Positions 18,423 through 28,847 of a stretch of DNA of 64,000 nt are shown piece after piece. The stretch is taken from contig CAWJCT010000001.1 of the NCBI GenBank assembly GCA_963841475.1, positions 613,052 through 677,051 on the forward strand. The letters are read 5' to 3'. The DNA comes from an uncultured delta proteobacterium. Lineage in GTDB: Bacteria > Desulfobacterota > Desulfobaccia > Desulfobaccales > 0-14-0-80-60-11. Under the pieces are notes generated by a model. The model was not told where the DNA came from and ran no database searches. It worked only from the letters and a program-made list of their open reading frames with translations. Position 1 is the first letter of the stretch, and each line of letters begins with the position of its first letter. The position numbers were made by a program, and so were the translations under genes.

Positions 18423-19436
18423 ATGCGCACGTTTGGGCACATTGCGGCCAGGCCTGGTTTAAGGATGGTTCTGGCACTGGTTGTCCTGGTGGCCCTCTGG
18501 GGATGCCAGCCCAACGCGGAGCAGGCGCCGCAAGGCCCTCCGCTCAAGCTCTCGGTGGGTTTGGCGCCTTTCCCCTACTCAGGCCTGGTCGCCATCGCGG
18601 CAGAAAAAGGCTTTTTCAAAGAGGCCGGTCTTGATCTATCCATAAAGGATTACTCTTTCGGTTTTGCCACTCTGGAGGCCTTGTCTCGAGGTGAGATCCA
18701 GATGGCCATGGGAAATGAGTTTTCTTTTGCCATGATGAGCGACCATGATCCGTCCCTGCGGCTCGTAGCCTCGATAGCTTTGGTCAATACCAACGAGATT
18801 GTTGCCCGGAGGGATCGGAACATCCATATACCTGCCGACTTGAAAGGCAAGCGGATTGGCTTTTGCCCTAACACTTCGAGTGAATACTATCTCATCGCCT
18901 TTCTTCTGGTGAACAAGATACCTCTGTCCGCGGTGACCATGGTGCAACTCCCGGCTGGCGGTTTGGTCAAGGCTTTCGTGAACGGCGACGTCGACGCGGT
19001 GTCCGGGTGGGACACCATTGTGTTCAATCTCAAGAAACAGATGCCGCAGAATACCGTGTGGTGGCCGGCACAAAACAATCGGGATTGGCAATGGATTCTG
19101 GCAGTCAAGGAGAGCCTGACCAAATCCCCCGAGCCGATAAAGCGTTTTCTCAGAGCCCTCCTCAAGGCCGAGGACTTCGTCCTGAACAATGGGGACGAAG
19201 CCAAAAACATCATTGTGCGCCGGTGGGGCTTTGAGCCTGCATTCATAGATCAGATTTGGGATAAAACCAGGCTGAGTGTTACGCTCAACCAGTCCCTGAT
19301 CATCTCTCTGGAAAGCTTCTCCAAATGGAGCAGGGAGAAAGAAGGTAAAGAAGGGGAAGGTCCGAATTTTCTGAAATTCCTTTACAGCGACCCTTTGGCT
19401 CAAATCGATCCCAAGGCGGTCACGATTTTTAAATAG
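18423..19436 (+). CDS. Periplasmic solute-binding protein (NMT1/THI5, NitT/TauT-like), orphan
   Basis: 337 aa with a signal peptide. KLSVGLAPFPYSGLVAIAAEKGFFKEAGLD is typical of ABC SBPs of this class. There is no permease or ATPase nearby. Confidence 0.7.
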   Translation: MRTFGHIAARPGLRMVLALVVLVALWGCQPNAEQAPQGPPLKLSVGLAPFPYSGLVAIAAEKGFFKEAGLDLSIKDYSFGFATLEALSRGEIQMAMGNEFSFAMMSDHDPSLRLVASIALVNTNEIVARRDRNIHIPADLKGKRIGFCPNTSSEYYLIAFLLVNKIPLSAVTMVQLPAGGLVKAFVNGDVDAVSGWDTIVFNLKKQMPQNTVWWPAQNNRDWQWILAVKESLTKSPEPIKRFLRALLKAEDFVLNNGDEAKNIIVRRWGFEPAFIDQIWDKTRLSVTLNQSLIISLESFSKWSREKEGKEGEGPNFLKFLYSDPLAQIDPKAVTIFK

Positions 19437-19444
19437 GTTCTCGA

Positions 19445-21829
19445 ATGCGGGCCCAATCCAAAATCTGGATCAGCATTACCGCTTCCCTCGTGGTTGCCGC
19501 GGTCATTGCGTATTTCGCCTTCATCATCGTGCGCGGGATGAGCAATGACTTCGCACAATATCAGAGATATAGCGAAATTATCAATGAAGCCTTCGACTTG
19601 AACATCCTCATAGATGCCGCGTTGAAGGAGGGATCAAACCCGCGCCGTATCCAACAGATCGGCCAGGTGAGCCGCACCTTGAACAAGGCCCTCGAGTCCA
19701 TCTCCTCCTCAAATTCCCGGGAAGAATCCCTTCTCCGGCAAATACGCAGAAATAACCTGGAACTCGGGCCTCTCCTTGAACAGTTATTCGACCAAAAGGA
19801 AGGATCAGGCGGCAGCATTGCCCTCGAACGCAGGAGCCTTCTCGCTTCTCAACTCATGGTCAAGGTGCGTTTTATCACCGATGACGTCAACCGTCTCATG
19901 GAGACCAGCGGCACCAGGATCGTTTCTGCACAGGCCAAAACCAGTCTCATCGTCCTGATTCTCATTGTTGTGGTTATTCTCACCAAGTCCATCATTTATT
20001 TTTTCTCCAGCCGGAGCATCGTCAGGGCTCAAGAAGCGCTCCAGGAGAGCCAGCGGCAAGCGGCGTTACTGGCCGATTTATTGGAGAGTTCCTCTCAACC
20101 TTTTGGAACGGGTTTTCCCGACGGGCACATGGGTATGTGCAATCCGGCTTTCCCCCGGCTGTTGGGTTATAGCAAGGAAGAGTTTTTTGCTCTTGACTGG
20201 GGTAAAGATCTGACCCCGCCGGAGTGGCTGGAGAAAGAGGCCGCCATCCTTGCAGAGTTGCATCGCACCGGCCAGCCGGTACGCTATGAAAAGGAATACT
20301 GGCACAAAGACGGAACCCGCGTGCCGGTGGAATTATTGGTGCATTTGCGTCGGGATGAGCAAGGAGAGCCATCCTATTATTACGCCTTCGTCACCGACAT
20401 CACCGAGCGCCAGCGCGCAGAAGAAGAAATTAAGCGCTTGGCCTCCTTTCCGCAGATGAATCCGACTCCGGTGTTAGAACTAGATGCCACCGGCGCCATC
20501 AGCTTCTATAACCAGGCTGCCATTGAGGCCCTGGGAAAAATCGGCCCGGAAGCCGAGTTGGCCTGCTTGTTACCTGCGGACATCGGGGAAATTGCCACTG
20601 CCGCCAGACAGAAACATGAACAGGTCTTTTACCGGGAGGTCAAGCTGGAGGATACGGTGTTCGGCCAGACCATCTCTTATGCCGAGTCCTTCGACGTCCT
20701 GCGTATCTACAGCATGGACATCACCGAGCGCCAACGGGCCGAAGAGGCGTTACGCCAGTCGGAAGAGCGGTATCGCACCTTGTTTAACACCCTGATCGAA
20801 GGGTTTTGCACGATCGAAATGGTTTTCGACGCCGACGGAAGCCCCGTGGATTATCGTTTCCTGGAAATCAATCCGGCCTTTGAAAAGCAAACCGGATTGC
20901 ACAACGCGGCGGGGAAATTAATGCGCGACCTGGCTCCGGAACACGAGGCGCATTGGTTTGAGATTTATGGCAAAATTGCCTTGACAGGTGAGCCCGCGCA
21001 CTTTGAGAACGAAGCGAAGGCGTTGGGCCGTTCCTATGATGTTTATGCCTATCGGATCGGCGGGCCGGAAAGTCGGAAAGTTGCAATCCTGTTCAACGAC
21101 ATCACCGAGCGCAAGCGGGCGGAAGAGAAATTACACCGGACCCTGGAGGACCTGGAGCGCTCTAACCGGGAATTGGAGGAATTTGCCTATATTTCCTCCC
21201 ACGATCTCCAGGAACCCTTGCGCCAGATCGCCAACTTCTCCGAGATGTTGGCCAAGGAGTACCAGGAGCGTCTGGATGAACGGGCGATCCGTTATTTCGG
21301 GTATATCACCATCGGCGCCAAACGCTTGCAGTCCCTGATCAACGACATCTTGTCTTACTCCCGGGTAGATCAGGGCACAATTCCACAAGTCCCGGCCAGC
21401 CTGGAAGATATCCTCAGTGCGACCCTCAACGACTTGCATATCCTGATTCGGGAAAGCGGCGCCGCAATCAGTTTTGATCCTCTGCCGGCCGTGAAAGTAA
21501 ATCCCCGCCAGATAGGCCTCTTGCTGCAGAATCTGATTGCCAACTCTATCAAATTTAATAACGGGAAGTCCCCCATGATTCACCTGGCGTCAAAGCGGGA
21601 AGGCGGCGAATGGGTGATCTCTCTCCGGGATAACGGCATCGGTTTCGATCCCCAGTATGCCGAACAAATTTTCAAGGTATTTAAGCGCATGCACACCCAG
21701 GAAAAATATCCAGGCACCGGCATCGGTCTGGCCATCTGCAAAAAAATTGTCCAACGGCACGGCGGGCGTATTTGGGCCGAATCGCAGCCAGGGCGTGGCG
21801 CCACGTTTTATTTCACTATTCCGGCGTAA
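19445..21829 (+). CDS. PAS-domain sensor histidine kinase
   Basis: 794 aa. Two TM segments flank a helical periplasmic region, followed by PAS domains, H-box FAYISSHDLQEPLR and ATPase DNGIGFD...GTGIGLAIC. It starts 8 nt after the SBP stop. Confidence 0.9.
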   Translation: MRAQSKIWISITASLVVAAVIAYFAFIIVRGMSNDFAQYQRYSEIINEAFDLNILIDAALKEGSNPRRIQQIGQVSRTLNKALESISSSNSREESLLRQIRRNNLELGPLLEQLFDQKEGSGGSIALERRSLLASQLMVKVRFITDDVNRLMETSGTRIVSAQAKTSLIVLILIVVVILTKSIIYFFSSRSIVRAQEALQESQRQAALLADLLESSSQPFGTGFPDGHMGMCNPAFPRLLGYSKEEFFALDWGKDLTPPEWLEKEAAILAELHRTGQPVRYEKEYWHKDGTRVPVELLVHLRRDEQGEPSYYYAFVTDITERQRAEEEIKRLASFPQMNPTPVLELDATGAISFYNQAAIEALGKIGPEAELACLLPADIGEIATAARQKHEQVFYREVKLEDTVFGQTISYAESFDVLRIYSMDITERQRAEEALRQSEERYRTLFNTLIEGFCTIEMVFDADGSPVDYRFLEINPAFEKQTGLHNAAGKLMRDLAPEHEAHWFEIYGKIALTGEPAHFENEAKALGRSYDVYAYRIGGPESRKVAILFNDITERKRAEEKLHRTLEDLERSNRELEEFAYISSHDLQEPLRQIANFSEMLAKEYQERLDERAIRYFGYITIGAKRLQSLINDILSYSRVDQGTIPQVPASLEDILSATLNDLHILIRESGAAISFDPLPAVKVNPRQIGLLLQNLIANSIKFNNGKSPMIHLASKREGGEWVISLRDNGIGFDPQYAEQIFKVFKRMHTQEKYPGTGIGLAICKKIVQRHGGRIWAESQPGRGATFYFTIPA

Positions 21830-21844
21830 GAGGAGGAGGCACCG

Positions 21845-22279
21845 ATGATATTCCAGGCGGCAGAAGTTCTCTTGGTGGAAGACAACCCGGCGGACGTGGA
21901 ACTGACGCAGTATATGATGAAGAAAGGCAAACTTGTAGTCAATCTGCATGTGGCCGTGGACGGCTTTGAAGCCATGGCCTTTCTCCGGCGGGAGGGTATG
22001 TATGCCGGGGTTCCCCGGCCGGACATCATTCTCCTGGACCTCAATCTGCCGGGTATGGATGGCCGGGAGGTCCTGGCCGAAGTGAAGGCCGACCCCGTCC
22101 TGAAAGCGATCCCGGTGGTGGTCCTGACGACTTCCCAGTCTGAAGAGGATGTCTTGAAAAGTTATAATATGGGAGCCAACTGCTTCATCACCAAGCCGGT
22201 GGGCATGGACGAATTCGCCAAGGTGGTCAATACCATCGATGACTTCTGGTTCACGATCGTCCGGCTGCCCCAAAGTTAA
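21845..22279 (+). CDS. Response regulator, receiver domain only
   Basis: [36 protein letters not shown]. 144 aa, no output domain. Confidence 0.9.
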   Translation: MIFQAAEVLLVEDNPADVELTQYMMKKGKLVVNLHVAVDGFEAMAFLRREGMYAGVPRPDIILLDLNLPGMDGREVLAEVKADPVLKAIPVVVLTTSQSEEDVLKSYNMGANCFITKPVGMDEFAKVVNTIDDFWFTIVRLPQS

Positions 22280-22404
22280 TAGGGACACCTGGCCAAATTT
22301 AATCGAACAAAAATTCAAGCTCTCCTAAACATATCGACGCTTTCGGGGTCGAAAAATTTCGCTGCACTGGGTGCCAGCTGCTTTCTGTGGGTCCACATTG
22401 GCGC

Positions 22405-23223
22405 TTACCTAAGCAGCTCTTCCAGTTGTTCGAGATTGAAAGAGGTCTCGTGAGCCTGGGACATCCACCTGGCACATCGATTTGCATTCAAGGGAATGCC
22501 AATAGGTGAGATGCCCGCGCGGATACACAGCCTCATGCCCATGGCCAGTTCCGGGATACAGGCGATCCCGAGCGCACCGAGGCTGGGGTGTTCTTGCTTG
22601 AGTCTCTTAAAAAGTTTTTCCTGGTCCATTTCTACAGAAATATAAGGTTTGATGCCGTATTTCTCGAGGAGGACACTCCCCAGGCGAATGAAACAGTCCT
22701 CGGTGCAACCCTTGCACACGGCCTCGATATCACCCTTTACCGAGCGGCAATCCGGCCTGAAGTCGCGGAGGCAATGGGCGATGAGGGCGAACTTGTATTC
22801 GGAGCGTTTGAACCCTTCTCGATAGATCCTGTTTACTAATTCAATCTCAAGCATGTACAGGTGGTATTTCTCCTCCGTCGTTGTCAGCGTGCTGTCTACC
22901 CGCTTGGCGTAGGGCAGGCTTTTTAAGTGGTTCGCAACGTTCCGGGTATAGATGGACAAGGACTGCTGGAGAGTTTCTCTGACAAACTGCAGCGTCTTCT
23001 GATCGGACCCCGTGGTTTTTGAGCCCAAAAGCCAGGGCTTCCTGCCCACTTGCTGGATCAGACCCAAAAGCCTTTTTTCGTCAAGGCCGCGTTGGAGGAA
23101 GACGTCAGCCAAGCGCTTGATTTCGGCATAGTAAGGTTCGCTATCGTCGTCCTCAGCAAACAGTGAGTACGTTTTCCCCTGGACTGGCGTGTAGAGCTTT
23201 TCGTGATTTGGCAATGCCTTCAA
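22405..23223 (-). CDS. Cys-rich hypothetical protein, DUF116-like
   Basis: 272 aa. The C-terminal half with CKGCTEDC, GIACIPEL and LNANRCARW resembles the DUF116 family as I recall it. Confidence 0.4.
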   Translation of the reverse strand: MKALPNHEKLYTPVQGKTYSLFAEDDDSEPYYAEIKRLADVFLQRGLDEKRLLGLIQQVGRKPWLLGSKTTGSDQKTLQFVRETLQQSLSIYTRNVANHLKSLPYAKRVDSTLTTTEEKYHLYMLEIELVNRIYREGFKRSEYKFALIAHCLRDFRPDCRSVKGDIEAVCKGCTEDCFIRLGSVLLEKYGIKPYISVEMDQEKLFKRLKQEHPSLGALGIACIPELAMGMRLCIRAGISPIGIPLNANRCARWMSQAHETSFNLEQLEELLR

Positions 23224-23308
23224 CGTATTCTCTCAATTACCCGAGACAAAAGGGCTGGGGGGAACTTCATCCCGGCGGCTTTCACTACAGAAAGCCTTTT
23301 ACCATCAT

Positions 23309-23470
23309 TCAGCCGGGTGAAGGGCCGAACTGTGGGCCTGATCGCGAATCATCCTGAGAATATCTGAGCCCGGAAGGGTCTGTCGGGACTTGATGGTATC
23401 TCTCCATGGCACATCCGCTGAGGAATCCAATTGACCACAAAATAAGGATCCAGAGAAATGGCTTATGCAT
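23309..23470 (-). CDS. Putative small lipoprotein
   Basis: MHKPFLWILILWSIGFLSGC lipobox-like signal at an internal ATG of ORF 23309-23527. Confidence 0.3.
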   Translation of the reverse strand: MHKPFLWILILWSIGFLSGCAMERYHQVPTDPSGLRYSQDDSRSGPQFGPSPG

Positions 23471-23568
23471 CTTCCTGTCCAAGGGGGATGGCTCAGTTCC
23501 ATTCGAGGGAAGGAGCCAGAGGTTCATCCCCTTCTCCCGTCACCCCTTGATTGTAACCTTTTTGGAAG

Positions 23569-24606
23569 TTACCAGAGCATCTTTTGCTTTTCTGGCGCAG
23601 ATTGACGCTTCGGCAAGAATTTCTCCGCAATCGCCTGGGCAATCAAAGGAGCGTTCCCGCCTGCCCGATTATTGATGATAAGGTTTACCAGCATTCCTTT
23701 GCCGATTGCGTCCTTAATAATGTCCCCCGTCTCTAAAATCATCTCCGTGGCCAGCATCCCTTCCACCAGTTGGTCGAAAGGATAGGCGCGCCCATAAGAA
23801 TCTTCATATCGCATCCCCAGTGGCGTCAAAAGCCGGATCACGCATTCATTCCCAGAATTGAAAAACCGCCCGTCAGCTTTGGCCAGCTGCTTTCTTAAGG
23901 GCGGCAGCCAGGTCCAGTGGGATAAGACTTGCCCTACGCCATGTTTGGCCAAAACTTCGAAAACCTGGCCTCTCAAATACAGGTCGGTTCTCAGTTCCAG
24001 ATGGTACCGGCAGTCTTTGGGGATCTGGCTGAAGAATGTATCCAGGACCTGAGCCATCGCCTGCACCGAAGCCCGATCTTCCTTCCGCTGATATTCCTGT
24101 TCAAAAATGAAGCCGGTGAGGTTGGGGCCCAACAGGTTCAAGGCCGGTTCATAGAATTGCCCGGTGAAAATGGCAGGGCTCAGGTAGGCTTCATTCTTGA
24201 CGTACTGTTCGCCTCTGTGGAACTTCTGGGCCGTGATCATCTGCGGAACCTTGAGAATGATCCGGTCATTATCTTTCAAATGCCCGGCGTAGGTCTTCAA
24301 TACCTGATAGCTCTGGGAGGGGTGGCCATTATGGTCCAAAAGCGGCCGGTAAAAAGTGAAGTCAATCTCCAGGACCGGGAAATGTTCGAAATACTCCTCC
24401 ACGCTGTCAACCGGGAGCACTTCTTCGACAAAAGATTTTCCGGAAATGACTTTGGTGCGTTTGGTTATGCGGCCTCGGTAACGGTCTGGTGAATATATTT
24501 GCCCGAGCCAGCCGGCATAACGGTCGCTCGCCGTCCCCAGGAGAATTTGGGGATGGAGATTGCGAAAGTTAAAGGTGTGAAGATTGGTCGTGAAGACTTC
24601 GGACAT
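23569..24606 (-). CDS. DUF72 domain-containing protein
   Basis: LLGTASDRYAGWLGQIYSP and FPVLEIDFTFYRPL match the DUF72 signature (GTSGW.y..W.g.fYP ... vE.N.tFY). Confidence 0.6.
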   Translation of the reverse strand: MSEVFTTNLHTFNFRNLHPQILLGTASDRYAGWLGQIYSPDRYRGRITKRTKVISGKSFVEEVLPVDSVEEYFEHFPVLEIDFTFYRPLLDHNGHPSQSYQVLKTYAGHLKDNDRIILKVPQMITAQKFHRGEQYVKNEAYLSPAIFTGQFYEPALNLLGPNLTGFIFEQEYQRKEDRASVQAMAQVLDTFFSQIPKDCRYHLELRTDLYLRGQVFEVLAKHGVGQVLSHWTWLPPLRKQLAKADGRFFNSGNECVIRLLTPLGMRYEDSYGRAYPFDQLVEGMLATEMILETGDIIKDAIGKGMLVNLIINNRAGGNAPLIAQAIAEKFLPKRQSAPEKQKMLW

Positions 24607-24742
24607 GATTCCATTTTAGAGGCAAACCAAGGGTTACCCAACCTCAGGCCAAACCGAGGAGTTCGGCTATTCAGGGCCTATCCGGTATTTTTCTGTAAAT
24701 CCCCTAACTTTCTCATAGGGCGGGCTATCTCGCCGCGCCCGG

Positions 24743-25141
24743 TTAAACCCTTAGCAGGATGGAGAGGAAAGCAAAAAGGCCGATGACCAGCAATAAGATC
24801 GCGGTTATCATTACCACTGGCCGGAACCCGGTATATTGGAAATCCTGAAACTTGATATGTTGCAGAATTCGCCAATGTTGGACCACCGCGGCGAGAAGAC
24901 CGAGGATACCGAGGGAGATAAAACTCAACCCGAAAATCAGGGTGGAGTTCATGTGGCCGCCGGCCGGGTGCGCCAGCCCGCCTTCGACCAGAATGTCCCG
25001 GAATTTTGCGATGCCGAACCCGAAGCCGATCAGCGACAGGCAAGTGCGAATCCACGCCATGAGGGTGCGGTCGGCAGCCTCGCGAGTGCGCTCTTTGGCG
25101 AGTTCATCGGAGACTTTCTTGCCGGCGGGAGATTCGTCCAT
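24743..25141 (-). CDS. DUF202 (YidH-like) membrane protein
   Basis: LAKERTREAADRTLMAWIRTCLSLIGFGF plus three hydrophobic segments. Start uncertain (ATG 25141 or TTG 25165). Confidence 0.65.
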   Translation of the reverse strand: MDESPAGKKVSDELAKERTREAADRTLMAWIRTCLSLIGFGFGIAKFRDILVEGGLAHPAGGHMNSTLIFGLSFISLGILGLLAAVVQHWRILQHIKFQDFQYTGFRPVVMITAILLLVIGLFAFLSILLRV

Positions 25142-25225
25142 AGCTTTTTGCCAACCTTTCCGCAAGAGTGAGGTAAATTGCCTTTGGAAACCACGTTATG
25201 AAGCTGTCCGGCCTGGTCAAACCCC

Positions 25226-26263
25226 TCACTCCCAGGCGAAGAGCTTCTTGAAATCCTTTTTCATCGAGATGACGACCCAGCCGCGCTGCTGCGCTTCGGC
25301 CATCAGCGCCTGAGGGAAGGTACCGACCTTGGTGTCCGGCAGACCCGCGGCAGGGCCGTACGCATACTCGCGCTCCGGGTCGTCGTGAAGCAGCAGCATC
25401 ATGAGACGCGCCCCGCGGCCGGCGTTGGTCCATTCCAGCATTTCCCGGTCACCCGCGGAGTTGCCGAAGGCCGCGAGCGGGCGCCTGCCGATAAAGAGGT
25501 TGATGCCGATGGCCTTGCCGGCGTGGTCATCGATGAAAAACACTTTTGGCAGCCGCATCAGCACCGGTTTGCCATTCTGGTATTCGTATTTGGTGGCGAT
25601 GCTTGAGCCCACCACCTGCTCGGGTGGCACGCCGTAAACCCGCTCACTGTAAACCCGGACAAACTCCTGACCGCCGCCGGTGACGATATAGATCTTGAAG
25701 CCGTTGGCCCTGAGATACCGCATCACTTCCAGCATCGGCAGGTAGACGAGATCGGTGTACGGCCGCTGAAAACGGGGGTGTTTGGCGTGGGCCAGCCACC
25801 CCCGGACTATCTCCCGGAACGCCTCGGTGGACATGCCCGCGTGCGTCGCCCCAATAATTCTGGCCCAATCCTGCTCGGTGAACTTGGCCATCCCGGCCCG
25901 GTCGTTTGACAGGACCACGTTAAAAGGCGGCTCGGTCTTCCACTCCGGATGGTTGGGAGCGAGTTCGTGCACCCGATTCAGGGCAAACACGGCCTGGGTG
26001 TAGAGGGGATGCTCCACCCAAAGCGTGCCATCCTGGTCAAAGCTGGCTATACGGTCTGCTATCGGCACATATGCGGAACTGGACTTATCCGTAACTTTCC
26101 GTACAAAGCTCACGATGGCTTGTTTCGCCCGCCCTGCCTGCCAGGAGGGCAAGGGATCCTGGGCCTTGGCCTGGGCCAGTCCCATGGCGGTGAAGATCAG
26201 GACCCCCAAAAACCCGGTGAGGCAGAGAAAACCGATCTTGTCGAGAATAGTTCTTCGTTTCAT
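25226..26263 (-). CDS. Secreted HAD-superfamily hydrolase
   Basis: Signal peptide MKRRTILDKIGFLCLTGFLGVLIFTAMGLAQA. HAD motif I FDQDGTLW and motif IV FGNSAGDREML. Confidence 0.65.
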   Translation of the reverse strand: MKRRTILDKIGFLCLTGFLGVLIFTAMGLAQAKAQDPLPSWQAGRAKQAIVSFVRKVTDKSSSAYVPIADRIASFDQDGTLWVEHPLYTQAVFALNRVHELAPNHPEWKTEPPFNVVLSNDRAGMAKFTEQDWARIIGATHAGMSTEAFREIVRGWLAHAKHPRFQRPYTDLVYLPMLEVMRYLRANGFKIYIVTGGGQEFVRVYSERVYGVPPEQVVGSSIATKYEYQNGKPVLMRLPKVFFIDDHAGKAIGINLFIGRRPLAAFGNSAGDREMLEWTNAGRGARLMMLLLHDDPEREYAYGPAAGLPDTKVGTFPQALMAEAQQRGWVVISMKKDFKKLFAWE

Positions 26264-26363
26264 GGCAACGGTCACGATGAAAAACACGCCCAGGCTGAAT
26301 AGTGCCGTTGCAGGACCATAAAGGAGTCCGCTCGACCCAGCTTAAGGCAGGCAGGTTTTTCCT

Positions 26364-27013
26364 TTATTGGACCATATGGCCCAAGGCCCCTAAACGAACC
26401 AGGCCATTGATGATATATTGCGCCGCCAGCGCCGCCTGGAGCACGGCCATCACCCATCCCAGGACTTTAGAACCGGTGCGGGGCCGCGTCTTTGAAATCG
26501 CCTCGATGTTCAGGAGGGTGACCAGGTTCAGCCCCATGATCACCAGTAAAGCCGCCAGGACGATGCCTTTTTGCGTCCAGTCGCCCCCGGCAATAGCCAT
26601 GAACCCGGCAATGGCCGCAATGCCGGGAGCAGTGACCAGGGCAGGAATGCCAGGGAAAATTGGGCCGTCGCCAGGGTTGGCGGAGTCTGCCCGGCGTCTG
26701 GCTGGGGAGGCGATGACGCCACGGCCCCGGGATGCATGATCATCTGGAAAGCCTGGCAGAAGAGAATGATGCCGCCGGTAATGACGATCGCGGCAACGGA
26801 AACATGCCAATTTTTCAGGACCAATGCCCCTAACAGGGCCACCACCAGAACGATGAGGGTGGCAATCGCCGTGCCCCGCCAGGCCAAGGTCCGGCGAAAG
26901 GCAGGGTCGGATCCCTGGGTCAACTGCGCAAAAGGGGCGATGGCCTTGAGCGGACCCAGGGTTAAAAAGAAAATTATTAAAGCGTCTGAGATTGCGACGT
27001 GCAAGAGGGGCAT
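26364..27013 (-). pseudogene. MarC family (UPF0056) membrane protein, one frameshift
   Basis: The N-terminal frame MPLLHVAISDALIIFFLTLGPLKAIAPFA...ITGGIILFCQAF joins the C-terminal frame ...PALVTAPGIAAIAGFMAIAGG... near 26720. Confidence 0.7.
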
Positions 27014-27074
27014 GCGAACCTCGAGGCGCTCGTCATATCGGGTCTGCTACTTCGACCCCAGTAAACGATGTCTT

Positions 27075-27127
27075 AGTGAAAAGAAGTGACCCCCGCAGAT
27101 CCACCAACGGCCGTAGAATCTGCGGGG
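27075..27127 (-). terminator. Hairpin downstream of the sulfatase operon
   Basis: CCCCGCAGAT (27091-27100) and ATCTGCGGGG (27118-27127), followed on the minus strand by GTCACTTCTTTTCAC. Confidence 0.4.
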
Positions 27128-27152
27128 AATGGGTGTCCGGTTCATGGCAACG

Positions 27153-28647
<1,495 letters not shown>

Positions 28648-28838
28648 AAATCCTCCTTTTAGAGGGGTGGACGTTAATCATCAAGCCAGGAGATCCTGAT
28701 TCAGGACCTCCCGGCATTGCTTAGGCGGCGTTGATTACAGGGAAGTTCTCTTGGCCTGGACAGTTACTTTCCTGCTTTCAAGAAAGGCAGGAGATTGTAG
28801 CCGTCGAGGTGTACCTTGAAGGTCTTGGCGCCGGCCAC
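28648..28838. repeat. Duplication scar: copy of a sulfatase 5' region, an anSME 3'-end relic and a sulfatase internal fragment
   Basis: About 28611-28775 resembles about 30371-30530 (by eye). 28776-28838 is near-identical to 27535-27597. Confidence 0.75.
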
Positions 28839-28847
28839 CAGTTAAGC

